From Squalus acanthias (lineage: Eukaryota): 64,000 bases of DNA. Position numbers and translations under genes: made by a program. Each line of letters begins with the position of its first letter. Position 1 is the first letter of the stretch. Shown in pieces: positions 12,754-26,900 of the stretch. The notes under the pieces are model-generated. The model was given only the letters and a program-made list of their open reading frames with translations. It was not told the origin of the DNA and did no database searches. Location of the stretch: NCBI GenBank assembly GCA_030390025.1, contig CM059432.1, forward strand, positions 122,638,001 through 122,702,000, written 5' to 3'.

Positions 12754-14940
12754 CATAGAAACATGGAAACAAAGAAGGTAGGAGCAGGAGTAGGCCATTT
12801 GGCCCCTTGAGCCTGCTCTGCCATTCAATGCGATCATGGCTGATCACCCAATTCAGTACCCTGTCTCTGCTTTCTCCCCTTAGCTTTAAGAAATATATCT
12901 AACTCTTTCTTGAATATATTTAATGAACTGGCCTCAACTGCCTTCTGTGGTAGAGAATTCCACAGGTTCACCACTCTCTAGGTGAAGAAATTCCTCCTCA
13001 TCTCAGTCCTAATTGGCTTACCCCTTATCGCTGCTCTCCCTCCATGGCAAGAACATCCTTCCTCAGATAAGGCGACAAAAACTGCACACAATACTCAAGG
13101 TGTGGTCTCACCAAGGCCCTGTACAACTGCAGCAAGACATCCTTGCTCCTTTACTTGAATCCTCTCGCTATGAAGGCCAACATACCATTTGCCTTCTTAA
13201 CCGCCTGCTGCACCTGCATACTTACTTTCAGCGACTGGTGCACAAGGACACCCAGGTCTCGTTGCATTTCCCCTTTTCCCAATCTATTGCCGTTCAGATA
13301 ATAATCTGCCTTCCTGTTTTTGCCACCAAAGTGGATAACCTCGCATTTATCCACATTATACTGCATCTGCCATGCATCTGCCCAATCACCCAGCCTGTCC
13401 AAATCATACTGGAGTTTCTCTGCATCCTCCTCACAGCACACATGCCCACCCAGCTTTGTGTCGTCTGCAAACTTGGAGATATTACATCAAGTTCCCTCGT
13501 CTAGATCATTAATATATATTGTGAATAACTGGGGTCCTAGCACCGATCCCTGCGGTACCCCACTAGTCACTGCCTGCCACTCGGAAAAAGACCCGTTTAT
13601 TCCAACTCTTTGCTTCCTGTCTGCCAACCAGTTTTCTATCCAAGTCAGTACCTTACTCCCAATCCCATGTGCTTTAACTTTGCACGCTAATCTCTTATGC
13701 GGGACCTTATCGAAAGCCTTCTGAAAGTCCAAATACACCACATCCACTGGTTCTCCCTTATCTATTCTACCAGTTACATCCTCAAAAAATTCCAGTAGAT
13801 TAGTTAAGCATGACTTACCTTTTGTAAATCCATGTTGATTTTGTCCGATCCTGTCACTGTTTTCCAAGTGCTCTGCTATTACATCTTTTATAATGGACTC
13901 TAGCATTTTGCCCACTACCGATGTCAGGCTTACCGGTGTATAATTCCCCGTTTTCTCTCTACCACCTTTTTTTAATAGTGGGGTTACATTAGCTACCCTC
14001 CAATCCATGGGAACTGTTCCAGAGTCTATAGGATTTTGAAAGATGACCAGCAATGCATCTACTATTTCTAGGGCCATTTCCTTAAGTACCCTAGGATGTA
14101 GATTATCAGGCCCTGGGGATTTATCGGCCTTCAATCCCGTCAATTTCCCGAACACCATTTCCCTACAAATACTGATTTCATTCAGTTCCTCCCTCTCATT
14201 AGACCCTCTGTTCCCCGACATCTCTGGGAGTTTATTTGTGTCCTCCTTTGTGAAGACAGAACCAAAGTATGTATTTAATTGGTCTGCCATTTCTTTGTTC
14301 CCCATTATAAATTCCCCTGATTCTGACTGCAAGGGATCTACACTTGACTTTACCAATCTTTTTATCTTCACATATCTATAGAAGCTTTTACAGTCAGTTT
14401 TTATGTTCCCTCTAAGCTTACTCTCATACTCTATTTTCCCCCTCTAAATGTATCCCTTTGTCCTCCTTTGCTGAATCCTAAACTGCTCCCAATCCTCAGG
14501 TTTGCTGCTTTTACTGGCCAATTTATATGTCCTCTCCTTGGATCTTATGCTATCCCTAATTTCCCTTGTTAGCCATGGTTGAGTCACCTTTTTTGTTTTA
14601 TTTTTATGTCAAACAGGGATGAACAAATTCTGTAGTTCACCCATGCGATCTTTAAATGTTTGCTATTGCCTATCCACCGTCAACCCTTTAAGTAACATTC
14701 CCCAATCCATCCAAGCCAACTGACGCCTCACACCATCGTAGTTTGCTTTATTTAAATTCAGTACCCGAGTCTCTGAGTCAACTACGACTTCACTCTCCAT
14801 CTTAATGAAGAATTCTATCATATTATGATCGCTCCTCCCCAAGGGGTCTCGCACAACAAGATTGCTAATTAATCCTTTCTCATTACATAATACCCAGTCT
14901 AAGATGGCCTGATCTCTAGTTGGTTACTCGACATATTGCT
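12754..14940 (-). mobile_element. 5'-truncated CR1 LINE inserted into the satellite; ORF2 frameshifted and internally deleted near 13030
   Basis: [31 protein letters not shown] and FADD (shifted) RT motifs; short tandem 3' tail catagaaacatggaaac. Confidence 0.93.
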
Positions 14941-17900
14941 CATACTGATCTCTCCCTGTAACTGATCTCTCCCTCTTACTGATCTCTCTCTGTTACTGAT
15001 CTCTCTCTCTGTTACTAGACTCTCCATGTTACTGATCTCTCCCTGTTACTGATCTCTCCCTGTTACTGATCTCTTCCTGTTACGGATCTCACTCTGTTAC
15101 AGATTTCTCCCTATTACTGATCTCTCTGTGTTACTGATCTCTCCCTGTTACTGATTTCTCCCTGTTACTGATCTTTCTCTGTTATGGATCTCTCTCTCTT
15201 ACTGTTCTTTCTCTGTTACTGATCTCTCCCTGTTACTGATCTCCCTCTGTTACTGATCTCTCCCTGTTACTGATCTCTCCCTGTAATTGATCTCTCCCTG
15301 ATACTGATCTCTCCCTGTTACTGATCTCTCCCTGGAATTGATCTCTCCCTGTTACTGATCTCTTCCTGTTTCTGATCTCTCCCAGGAATTGATCACTCTC
15401 TGTTTCTGATCTCTCCATGTTACTGATCTCTCTCTATTATGATCTCTCCCTGTTACTAATCTCTCTCTGTTACTGATCTCTCCCAGGAATTGATCACTCT
15501 CTGTTACTGATCTCTCCCTGTCACTGAACTCTCTCTATTATGATCTCTCCCTGTTACTGATCTCTCCTTGTTACTGATCTCTCCCTGTTACTGATTTCTC
15601 CCTATTACTGATCTTTCCCGATTACTGATCTCTCTCTCTTACTGATCTCACTCTGTTACTGATCTCTCCCTGTTACTGATCTCTCTCTGTTACTGATCTC
15701 TCCCTATTACTGATCTCTCTCTGTTACTCATCTCTCTCTGTTCCTGATCTTTCCCTATTACTGATCTCTCTCTGTTACTGATCTCTCTCTGTTACTGATC
15801 TCTCCCTGTTACTGATATCTCTCTATTACTGATCTCTCCCTGTTACTGATCTTTCTCTGTTACTGATCTTTCCCTATTACTGATCTCTCTCTGTTACTGA
15901 TCTCTCTCTGTTACTGATCTCTCTCTGTTACTGATCTCTCTCTATTATGATCTCTCCCTGTTACTGATCTTTCTCTGTTACTGATCTCTCCCTGTTACTG
16001 ATCTCTCTCTGTTACTGATCTCTCCCTGTTACTGATCTTTCCCTATTACTGATCTCTCTCAGTTACTGATCTCTTCCTGTTACTGATCTCTCTCTGTTAC
16101 TGATCTCTCCCTGTTACTGATCTCTCGCTGTTACTGATCTCTCTGTTACTGATCTCTCCCTATTACTGATCTCTCTCTGTTATGATCTCTCCCTGTTACT
16201 GATCTCTCCCTATTCTGATCTCTCTCTGTTACTGATCTCTCCCTATAACTGATCTCTCTCTGTTACTGATCTCTCCCTATTACTGATCTCTCTCTGTTAC
16301 TGATCTCACTCTCTGTTACTGATCTCTCTCTGTTACTGATCTCTCCCTGTTACTGATCTATCTCTGTTAGATCTCACCTTGTTACTGATCTCTCCCTGTT
16401 AATGTTATCTCACTCTTTTACGGATCTGTCTCTGTTACTGATCTCTCTCTCTGTTATTGATTTTTCTCAGTTTCTGATCCCTCTCTGCTACTGATCTCTC
16501 TCTGTTACTGATCTCTCCCTTTTTCTGATTTCTCTTTGTTACTGATCTGTCACAATTATAGATCTCTCTCTTTTTCTAATCTCTCCCTAATACTGATCTC
16601 TCTCTGTTACTGAACTCTCCCTATGACTGATCACTCTCTGTTACTGATCTCTCTCTCTCTTTCTGTTACTTATCTATCCCTATTACTGAGCTCTTTTCTT
16701 GTTACTAATCTTTCTCTGTTATGGATATCACCTTGTTACTGATCTCTCCCTGTTACTGATCTCTACTGATCTCTCCCTGTTACTGATCTCTCTCTGTTAC
16801 TGATCTGTCTCTGTTACTGATCTCTCACCCTATTGCTGATCTCTCCCTGTTACTGATATCTCTCCCTGTTACTGATCTGTCTCAGTTAGTTATCTATCTC
16901 AGTTAATGATCTCTCTCTATTACTGATCTCTCTGTGTTACTGATCTCTCCCTGTTACTGATTTCTCCCTGTTACTGATCTTTCTCTGTTATGGATCTCTC
17001 TCTCTTACTGATCTTTCTCTGTTACTGATCTCTCCCTGTTACTGATCTCTCTCTGTTACTGATCTCTCCCTGTTACTGATCTCTCCCTGTAATTGATCTC
17101 TCCCTGATACTGATCTCTCCCTGTTACTGATCTCTCCCTGGAATTGATCTCTCCCTGTTACTGATCTCTTCCTGTTTCTGATCTCTCCCAGGAATTGATC
17201 ACTCTCTGCTACTGATCTCTCCATGTTACTGATCTCTCTCTATTATGATCTCTCCCTGTTACTGATCTCTCCCTATTCTGATCTCTCTCTGTTACTGATC
17301 TCTCCCTATAACTGATCTCTCTCTGTTACTGATCTCTCCCTATTACTGATCTCTCTCTGTTACTGATCTCACTCTCTGTTACTGATCTCTCTCTGTTACT
17401 GATCTCTCCCTGTTACTGATCTATCTCTGTTAGATCTCACCTTGTTACTGATCTCTCCCTGTTAATGTTATCTCACTCTTTTACGGATCTGTCTCTGTTA
17501 CTGATCTCTCTCTCTGTTATTGATTTTTCTCAGTTTCTGATCCCTATCTGCTACTGATCTCTCTCTGTTACTGATCTCTCCCTTTTTCTGATTTCTCTTT
17601 GTTACTGATCTGTCACAATTATAGATCTCTCTCTTTTTCTAATCTCTCCCTAATACTGATCTCTCTCTTTTACTGAACTCTCCCTATGACTGATCACTCT
17701 CTGTTACTGATCTCTCTCTCTCTCTTTCTGTTACTTATCTATCCCTATTACTGAGCTCTTTTCTTGTTACTAATCTTTCTCTGTTATGGATATCACCTTG
17801 TTACTGATCTCTCCCTGTTACTGATCTCTACTGATCTCTCCCTGTTACTGATCTCTCTCTGTTACTGATCTGTCTCTGTTACTGATATCTCTCCCTGTTA

Positions 17901-20900
17901 CTGATCTGTCTCAGTTAGTTATCTATCTCAGTTAATGATCTCTCTCTATTACTGATCTCTCTGTGTTACTGATCTCTCCCTGTTACTGATTTCTCCCTGG
18001 AATTGATCTCTCCCTGTTACTGATCTCTTCCTGTTACTGATCTCTCCCTGTTACTGATCTCTCCCTGTTACTGATCTCTCCTGTACTGATCTCTCCTTGT
18101 TACTGATCTCTCCTGTTACTGATCTCTCTGTTACTGATCTCTCCCTATTACTGATCTCTCTCTGTTACTGATCTCTCTCTGTTACTGATCTCTCCCTGTT
18201 ACTGATCTCTCTCTGTTACTGATCTCTCTCTGTTACTGATCTCTCCCTGTTACTGATCTCTCTCTGTTACTGATCTCTCCCTGTTACTGATCTCTCCCTG
18301 TTACTGATCTCTCTCTGTTACTGATCTCTCCTTTACTGATCTCTCCTTGTACTGATCTCTCCCTGTTACTGATCTCTCCCTGTACTGATCTCTCTCTGTT
18401 ACTGATCTCTCCTGTTTACTGATCTCTCCCTGTTACTGATCTCTCCTGTTACTGATCTCTCCCTGTTACTGATCTCTCCCTGTTACTGATCTCTCTCTGT
18501 TACTGATCTCTCCCCTGTTACTGATCGTCTCCTGTTACTGATCTCTCTCTGTTACTGATCTCTCTCTGTTACTGATCTCTCTCTGTTACTGATCTCTCTC
18601 TATTATGATCTCTCCCTGTTACTGATCTTTCTCTGTTACTGATCTCTCCCTGTTACTGATCTCTCTCTGTTACTGATCTCTCCCTGTTACTGATCTTTCC
18701 CTATTACTGATCTCTCTCTGTTACTGATCTCTCCTGTTACTGATCTCTCTCTGTTACTGATCTCTCCCTGTTACTGATCTCTCGCTGTTACTGATCTCTC
18801 TGTTACTGATCTCTCCCTATTACTGATCTCTCTCTGTTATGATCTCTCCCTGTTACTGATCTCTCCCTATTCTGATCTCTCTCTGTTACTGATCTCTCCC
18901 TATAACTGATCTCTCTCTGTTACTGATCTCTCCCTATTACTGATCTCTCTCTGTTACTGATCTCACTCTCTGTTACTGATCTCTCTCTGTTACTGATCTC
19001 TCCCTGTTACTGATCTATCTCTGTTAGATCTCACCTTGTTACTGATCTCTCCCTGTTAATGTTATCTCACTCTTTTACGGATCTGTCTCTGTTACTGATC
19101 TCTCTCTCTGTTATTGATTTTTCTCAGTTTCTGATCCCTCTCTGCTACTGATCTCTCTCTGTTACTGATCTCTCCCTTTTTCTGATTTCTCTTTGTTACT
19201 GATCTGTCACAATTATAGATCTCTCTCTTTTTCTAATCTCTCCCTAATACTGATCTCTCTCTGTTACTGAACTCTCCCTATGACTGATCACTCTCTGTTA
19301 CTGATCTCTCTCTCTCTTTCTGTTACTTATCTATCCCTATTACTGAGCTCTTTCCCTGTTACTAATCTTTCTCTGTTATGGATATCACCTTGTTACTGAT
19401 CTCTCCCTGTTACTGATCTCTACTGATCTCTCCCTGTTACTGATCTCTCTCTGTTACTGATCTGTCTCTGTTACTGATCTCTCACCCTGTTGCTGATCTC
19501 TCCCTGTTACTGATATCTCTCCCTGTTACTGATCTGTCTCAGTTAGTTATCTATCTCAGTTAATGATCTCTCTCTGTTACTGATCTCTCTGTTACTGATC
19601 TCTCCTGTTACTGATCTCTCCCTGTTACTGATCTCTCTCTGTTACTGATTTCTCCCTGTTACTGATCTCTCCCTGTTACTGATCTTTCTCTGTTACTGAT
19701 CTCTCCCTGTTACTGATCTCTCTCTGTTACTGATCTTTCTCTGTTACTGATCTCTCCCTGTTACTGATCTTTCTCTGTTACTGATCTCTCCCTGTTACTG
19801 ATCTCTCTCTGTTACTGATCTCTCCCTGTTACTGATCTTTCTCTGTTACTGATCTCTCCCTGTTACTGATCTCTCTCTATTACTGATCTCTCCCTGTTAC
19901 TGATCTCTCCCTATTACTGATCTCTCCCTATTACTGATCTCTCCCTGTTACTGATCTCTCTCTGTTACTGATCTTTCTCTGTTACTGATCTCTCCCTGTT
20001 ACTGATCTCTCTCTGTTACTGATCTTTCTCTGTTACTGATCTCTCCCTGTTACTGATCTCTCTCTGTTACTGATCTCTCCCTATTACTGATCTCTCCCTG
20101 TTACTGATCTCTCCCTGTTACTGATCTCTCTCTGTTACTGATCTTCTCTGTTACTGATCTCTCCCTGTTACTGATCTCTCTCTGTTACTGATCTCTCCCT
20201 GTTACTGATCTCTCTCTGTTACTGATCTCTCTCCTGTTACTGATCTCTCTCTGTTACTGATCTCTCCCTGTTACTGATCTCTCCCTGTTACTGATCTCTC
20301 TCTGTTACTGATCTCTCTCTGTTACTGATCTTCTCTGTTACTGATCTCTCCCTGTTACTGATCTCTCCCTGTTACTGATCTCTCCTGTTACTGATCTCTC
20401 TCTGTTACTGATCTCTCCCTGTTACTGATCTCTCTCTGTTACTGATCTCTCCTGTTACTGATCTCTCTCTGTTACTGATCTCTCTCTGTTACTGATCTGT
20501 CTCTGTTACTGATCTCTCCCTGTTACTGATCTCTCTCTGTTACTGATCTCTCCCTGTTACTGATCTCTCTCTGTTACTGATCTCTCTCTGTTACTGATCT
20601 CTCCCTCTTACTTATCTTTTTCTGTTACTGATCTCTCTCTGTTACTGATCTCTCTCTCTCTGTTACTGATCTCTCCCTATAACTGATCTATCTCAGTTAT
20701 GATCTCTCCCTAATACTGATCTCTCCCTGGAATTGATCACTCTCTGTTACTGATCTCTCCTGATTACTGATCTCTCCCTGGAATTGATCTCTCCCTGTTA
20801 CTGATCTCTCCCTGTTACTGATCTCTCCCTGTTACTGATCTCTCCCTGTTACTGATCTCTCCCTGTTACTGATCTCTCTCTCTTACTGATCTTTCTCTGT

Positions 20901-23900
20901 TACTGATCTCTCCCTGTTACTGATCTCTCTCTGTTACTGATCTCTCCCTGTTACTGATCTCTCTCTGTTACTGATCTCTCTCTCTTACTGATCTATCTCT
21001 GTTACTGATTTCTCCCTATAACTGATCTCTCTCTGTTACTGATCTCTCCCTATTACTGATCTCTCTCTCTTACTGATCTCTCTTTCTTGTTGATCTCTCC
21101 CTCTTACTTATCTTTTTCTGTTACTGATCTCTCTCTGTTACTGATCTCTCTCTGTTACTTATCTCTCTCTGTTACTGATCTCTCTCTGTTACTGATCTCT
21201 CCCTGTTACTGATCTCTCCCTGTTACTGATCTCTCTCTGTTACTGATCTCTCTCTGTTACTGATCTCTCTCTGTTACTGATCTCTCCCTGTTACTGATCT
21301 CTCCCTGTTACTGATCTCTCTCTGTTACTGATCTCTCTCTGTTACTGATCTCTCCCTGTTACTGATCTCTCCTGTTACTGATCTCCCCCTGTTACTGATC
21401 TCTCCCTTTACTGATCTCTCCTGTTACTGATCTCTCTCTGTTACTGATCTCTCTGTTACTGATCTCTCCCTGTTACTGATCTCTCTCTGTTACTGATCTC
21501 TCCCTGTTACTGATCTTCTCTGTTACTGATCTCTCCCTGTTACTGATCTCTCCCTGTTACTGATCTCTCCCTGTTACTGATCTCTCTCTGTTACTGATCT
21601 CTCCCTGTTACTGATCTCTCTCTGTTACTGATCTCTCTCTCTCTGTTACTGATCTCTCCCTATAACTGATCTATCTCAGTTATGATCTCTCCCTAATACT
21701 GATCTCTCCCTGGAATTGATCACTCTCTGTTACTGATCTCTCCTGATTACTGATCTCTCCCTGGAATTGATCTCTCCCTGTTACTGATCTCTCCCTGTTA
21801 CTGATCTCTCACTGTTACTGATCTCTCTCTCTGTTACTGATCTCTCTCTGTTACTGATCCCTCTGTGTTACTGATCTCTCTCTTTTACTAATCTCTCCCT
21901 GTTACTGATCTCTCCCTATTACTAATCTCTCCCTGTTACTGATCTCTCCCTGTTACTGATCTCTCCCTGTTACTGATCTCTCTCTCTGTTACTGATCTCT
22001 CTGTGTTACTGATCTCTCTCTTTTACTGATCTCTCTCTGTTACTGATCTCTCCCTATTACTAATCTCTCCCTGTTACTGATCTCTCCCTATTACTAATCT
22101 CTCTCTGTTACTGATCTCTCCCTGCTACTGATCTCTCCCTGTTACTGATCTCTCCCTGTTACTGATCTCTCTCTGTTACTGATCTCTCTGTGTTACTGAT
22201 CTCTCTCTTTTACTGATCTCTCTCTTTTACTGATCTCTCCCTGTTACTGATCTCTCCCTGTTACTGATCTCTCCCTGTTACTGATCTCTCCCTGTTACTG
22301 ATCTCTCTCTGTTACTGATTTCTCCCTATTACTGATCTCTCTCTGTTACTGATCTCTCTCTGTTACTGATTTCTCCCTATTACTGATCTCTCCCTGTTAC
22401 TGATCTCTCTCTGTTACTGATCTCTCCTGTTACTGATCTCTCCCTGTTACTGATCTCTCTCTCTTACTGATCTTTCTCTGTTACTGATCTCTCCCTGTTA
22501 CTGATCTCTCTCTGTTACTGATCTCTCCCTATTACTGATCTCTCTCTGTTACTGATCTCTCCCTGTTACTGATCTCTCCCTATTCTGATCTCTCTCTGTT
22601 ACTGATCTCTCCCTATAACTGATCTCTCTCTGTTACTGATCTCTCCCTATTACTGATCTCTCTCTGTTACTGATCTCACTCTCTGTTACTGATCTCTCTC
22701 TGTTACTGATCTCTCCCTGTTACTGATCTATCTCTGTTAGATCTCACCTTGTTACTGATCTCTCCCTGTTAATGTTATCTCACTCTTTTACGGATCTGTC
22801 TCTGTTACTGATCTCTCTCTCTGTTATTGATTTTTCTCAGTTTCTGATCCCTCTCTGCTACTGATCTCTCTCTGTTACTGATCTCTCCCTTTTTCTGATT
22901 TCTCTTTGTTACTGATCTGTCACAATTATAGATCTCTCTCTTTTTCTAATCTCTCCCTAATACTGATCTCTCTCTGTTACTGAACTCTCCCTATGACTGA
23001 TCACTCTCTGTTACTGATCTCTCTCTCTCTTTCTGTTACTTATCTATCCCTATTACTGAGCTCTTTCCCTGTTACTAATCTTTCTCTGTTATGGATATCA
23101 CCTTGTTACTGATCTCTCCCTGTTACTGATCTCTACTGATCTCTCCCTGTTACTGATCTCTCTCTGTTACTGATCTTCTCCTGTTACTGATCTCTCCCTA
23201 TTGCTGATCTCTCCCTGTTACTGATCTCTCCCTGTTACTGATCTCTCTCTGTTACTGATCTCTCTCAGTTACTGATCTCTCTCTGTTACTGATCTCTCCT
23301 GTTACTGATCTCTCCCTGTTACTGATCTCTCCCTGTTACTGATCTCTCTCTGTTACTGATCTCTCCTGTTACTGATCTCTCCCTGTTACTGATCTCTCCT
23401 GTTACTGATCTCTCTCTGTTACTGATCTCTCCCTGTTACTGATCTCTCCCTGTTACTGATCTCTCCCTGTTACTGATCTCTCCCTGTTACTGATCTCTCC
23501 TGTTACTGATCTCTCCCTGTTACTGATCTCTCCTGTTTCTGATCTCTCCCTGTTACTGATCTCTCTCTGTTACTGATCTCTCCCTGTTACTGATCTCTCT
23601 CTGTTACTGATCTCTCCCTGTTACTGATATCTCTCTGTTACTGATCTCTCCCTGGTACTGATCACTCTCTGTTACTGATCTCTCCCTGTCACTGATCTCT
23701 CTCTATTACTGATCTCTCCCTGTTACTGATCTCTCCTTGTTACTGATCTCTCCCTGTTACTGATCTCTCCCTATTACTGATCTTTCCCTGTTACTGATCT
23801 CTCTCTGTTACTGATCTCTCTCTGTTACTGATCTCTCCCTGTTACTGATCTCTCTCTGTTACTGATCTCTCCCTATTACTGATCTCTCTCTGTTACTCAT

Positions 23901-26900
23901 CTCTCTCTGTTGCTGATCTTTCCCTATTACTGATCTCTCTCTGTTACTGATCTCTCCCTGTTACTGATATCTCTCTGTTACTGATCTCTCCCTGTTACTG
24001 ATCTTTCTCTGTTACTGATCTTTCCCTATTACTGATCTCTCTCTGTTACTGATCTCTCTCTGTTACTGACCTCTCTCTGTTACTGATCTCTCTCTATTAC
24101 TGATCTCTCCCTGTTACTGATCTCTCTCTGTTACTGATCTCTCCCTGTTACTGATCTCTCTCTGTTACTGATCTCTCCCTGTTACTGATCTCTCCCTGTT
24201 ACTGATCTCTCTCTGTTACTGATCTCTCCCTGTTACTGATCTCTCCCTGTTACTGATCTCTCCCTGTTACTGATCTCTCCTGTTACTGATCTCTCTGTTA
24301 CTGATCTCTCCCTGTTACTGATCTCTCTCTGTTACTGATCTCTCCCTGTTACTGATCTCTCCCTGTTACTGATCTCTCTCCTGTTACTGATCTCTCCCTA
24401 TTACTGATCTCTCTCTGTTACTGATCTCTCCCTATTACTGATCTCTCTCTGTTACTGATCTCTCTCTGTTACTGATCTCTCCTGTTACTGATCTCTCCCT
24501 GTTACTGATCTCTCTCTGTTACTGATCTCTCCCTGTTACTGATCTCTCCCTGTTACTGATCTCTCCTGTTACTGATCTCTCCTGTTACTGATCTCTCTCT
24601 CTGTTATTGATTTTTCTCAGTTTCTGATCCCTCTCTGCTACTGATCTCTCTCTGTTACTGATCTCTCCCTTTTTCTGATTTCTCTTTGTTACTGATCTGT
24701 CACAATTATAGATCTCTCTCTTTTTCTAATCTCTCCCTAATACTGATCTCTCTCTGTTACTGAACTCTCCCTATGACTGATCACTCTCTGTTACTGATCT
24801 CTCTCTCTCTTTCTGTTACTTATCTATCCCTATTACTGAGCTCTTTCCCTGTTACTAATCTTTCTCTGTTATGGATATCACCTTGTTACTGATCTCTCCC
24901 TGTTACTGATCTCTACTGATCTCTCCCTGTTACTGATCTCTCTCTGTTACTGATCTGTCTCTGTTACTGATCTCTCACCCTGTTGCTGATCTCTCCCTGT
25001 TACTGATATCTCTCCCTGTTACTGATCTGTCTCAGTTAGTTATCTATCTCAGTTAATGATCTCTCTCTGTTACTGATCTCTCTCTGTTACTGATCTCTCC
25101 CTGTTACTGATCTCTCCCTGTTACTGATCTCTCTCTGTTACTGATCTCTCCCTGTTACTGATCTCTCCTGTTACTGATCTCTCCCTGTTACTGATCTCTC
25201 CCTGTTACTGATCTCTCTCTGTTACTGATCTCTCTGTTACTGATCTCTCCCTGTTACTGATCTCTCCTGTTACTGATCTCTCCCTGTTACTGATCTCTCT
25301 CTGTTACTGATCTCTCCTGTTACTGATCTCTCCCTGTTACTGATCTCTCCTGTTACTGATCTCTCCCTGTTACTGATCTCTCTCTGTTACTGATCTCTCC
25401 CTGTTACTGATCTCTCTCTGTTACTGATCTCTCCCTGTTACTGATCTCTCTCTGTTACTGATCTCTCCCTGTTACTGATCTCTCCTCTGTTACTGATCTC
25501 TCCCTGTTACTGATCTCTCCCTGTTACTGATCTCTCCCTGTTACTGATCTCTCCTATTACTGATCTCTCTCTGTTACTGATCTCTCTCTGTTACTGATCT
25601 CATTCTGTTACTGATCTCTCCCTGTTACTGATCTCTCTCTGTTACTGATCTCTCCCTATTACTGATCTCTCTCTGTTACTCATCTCTCTCTGTTACTGAT
25701 CTTTCCCTATTACTGATCTCTCTCTGTTACTGATCTCTCCCTGTTACTGATATCTCTCTGTTACTGATCTCTCCCTGTTACTGATCTTTCTCTGTTACTG
25801 ATCTTTCCCTATTACTGATCTCTCTCTGTTACTGATCTCTCTCTGTTACTGACCTCTCTCTGTTACTGATCTCTCTCTATTATGATCTCTCCCTGTTACT
25901 GATCTTTCTCTGTTACTGATCTCTCCCTGTTACTGATCTCTCTCTGTTACTGATCTCTCCCTGTTACTGATCTTTCCCTATTACTGATCTCTCTCAGTTA
26001 CTGATCTCTTCCTGTTACTGATCTCTCTCTGTTACTGATCTCTCCCTGTTACTGATCCCTCGCTGTTACTGATCTCTCTGTTACTGATCTCTCCCTATTA
26101 CTGATCTCTCTCTGTTATGATCTCTCCCTGTTACTGATCTCTCCCTATTCTGATCTCTCTCTGTTACTGATCTCTCCCTATAACTTATCTCTCTCTGTTA
26201 CTGATCTCTCCCTATTACTGATCTCTCTCTGTTACTGATCTCACTCTCTGTTACTGATCTCTCTCTGTTACTGATCTCTCCCTGTTACTGATCTATCTCT
26301 GTTAGATCTCACCTTGTTACTGATCTCTCCCTGTTAATGTTATCTCACTCTTTTACGGATCTGTCTCTGTTACTGATCTCTCTCTCTGTTATTGATTTTT
26401 CTCAGTTTCTGATCCCTATCTGCTACTGATCTCTCTCTGTTACTGATCTCTCCCTTTTTCTGATTTCTCTTTGTTACTGATCTGTCACAATTATAGATCT
26501 CTCTCTTTTTCTAATCTCTCCCTAATACTGATCTCTCTCTATTACTGAACTCTCCCTATGACTGATCACTCTCTGTTACTGATCTCTCTCTGTTACTGAT
26601 CTCTCCCTGTTACTGATCTCTTCCCTGTTACTGATCTCTTCTCTGTTACTGATCTCTCCCTGTTACTGATCTCTCCCTGTTACTGATCTCTCCCTGTTAC
26701 TGATCTCTCTCTGTTACTGATCTCTCTCTGTTACTGATCTCTCCCTGTTACTGATCTCTCCCTGTACTGATCTCTCCCTGTTACTGATCTCTCCCTGTTA
26801 CTGATTTCTCTCTGTTACTGATCTCTCTCTGTTACTGATCTCTCCCTTTTACTGATCTCTCCCTGTTACTGATCTCTCCCTGTTACTGATCTCTCTCTGT

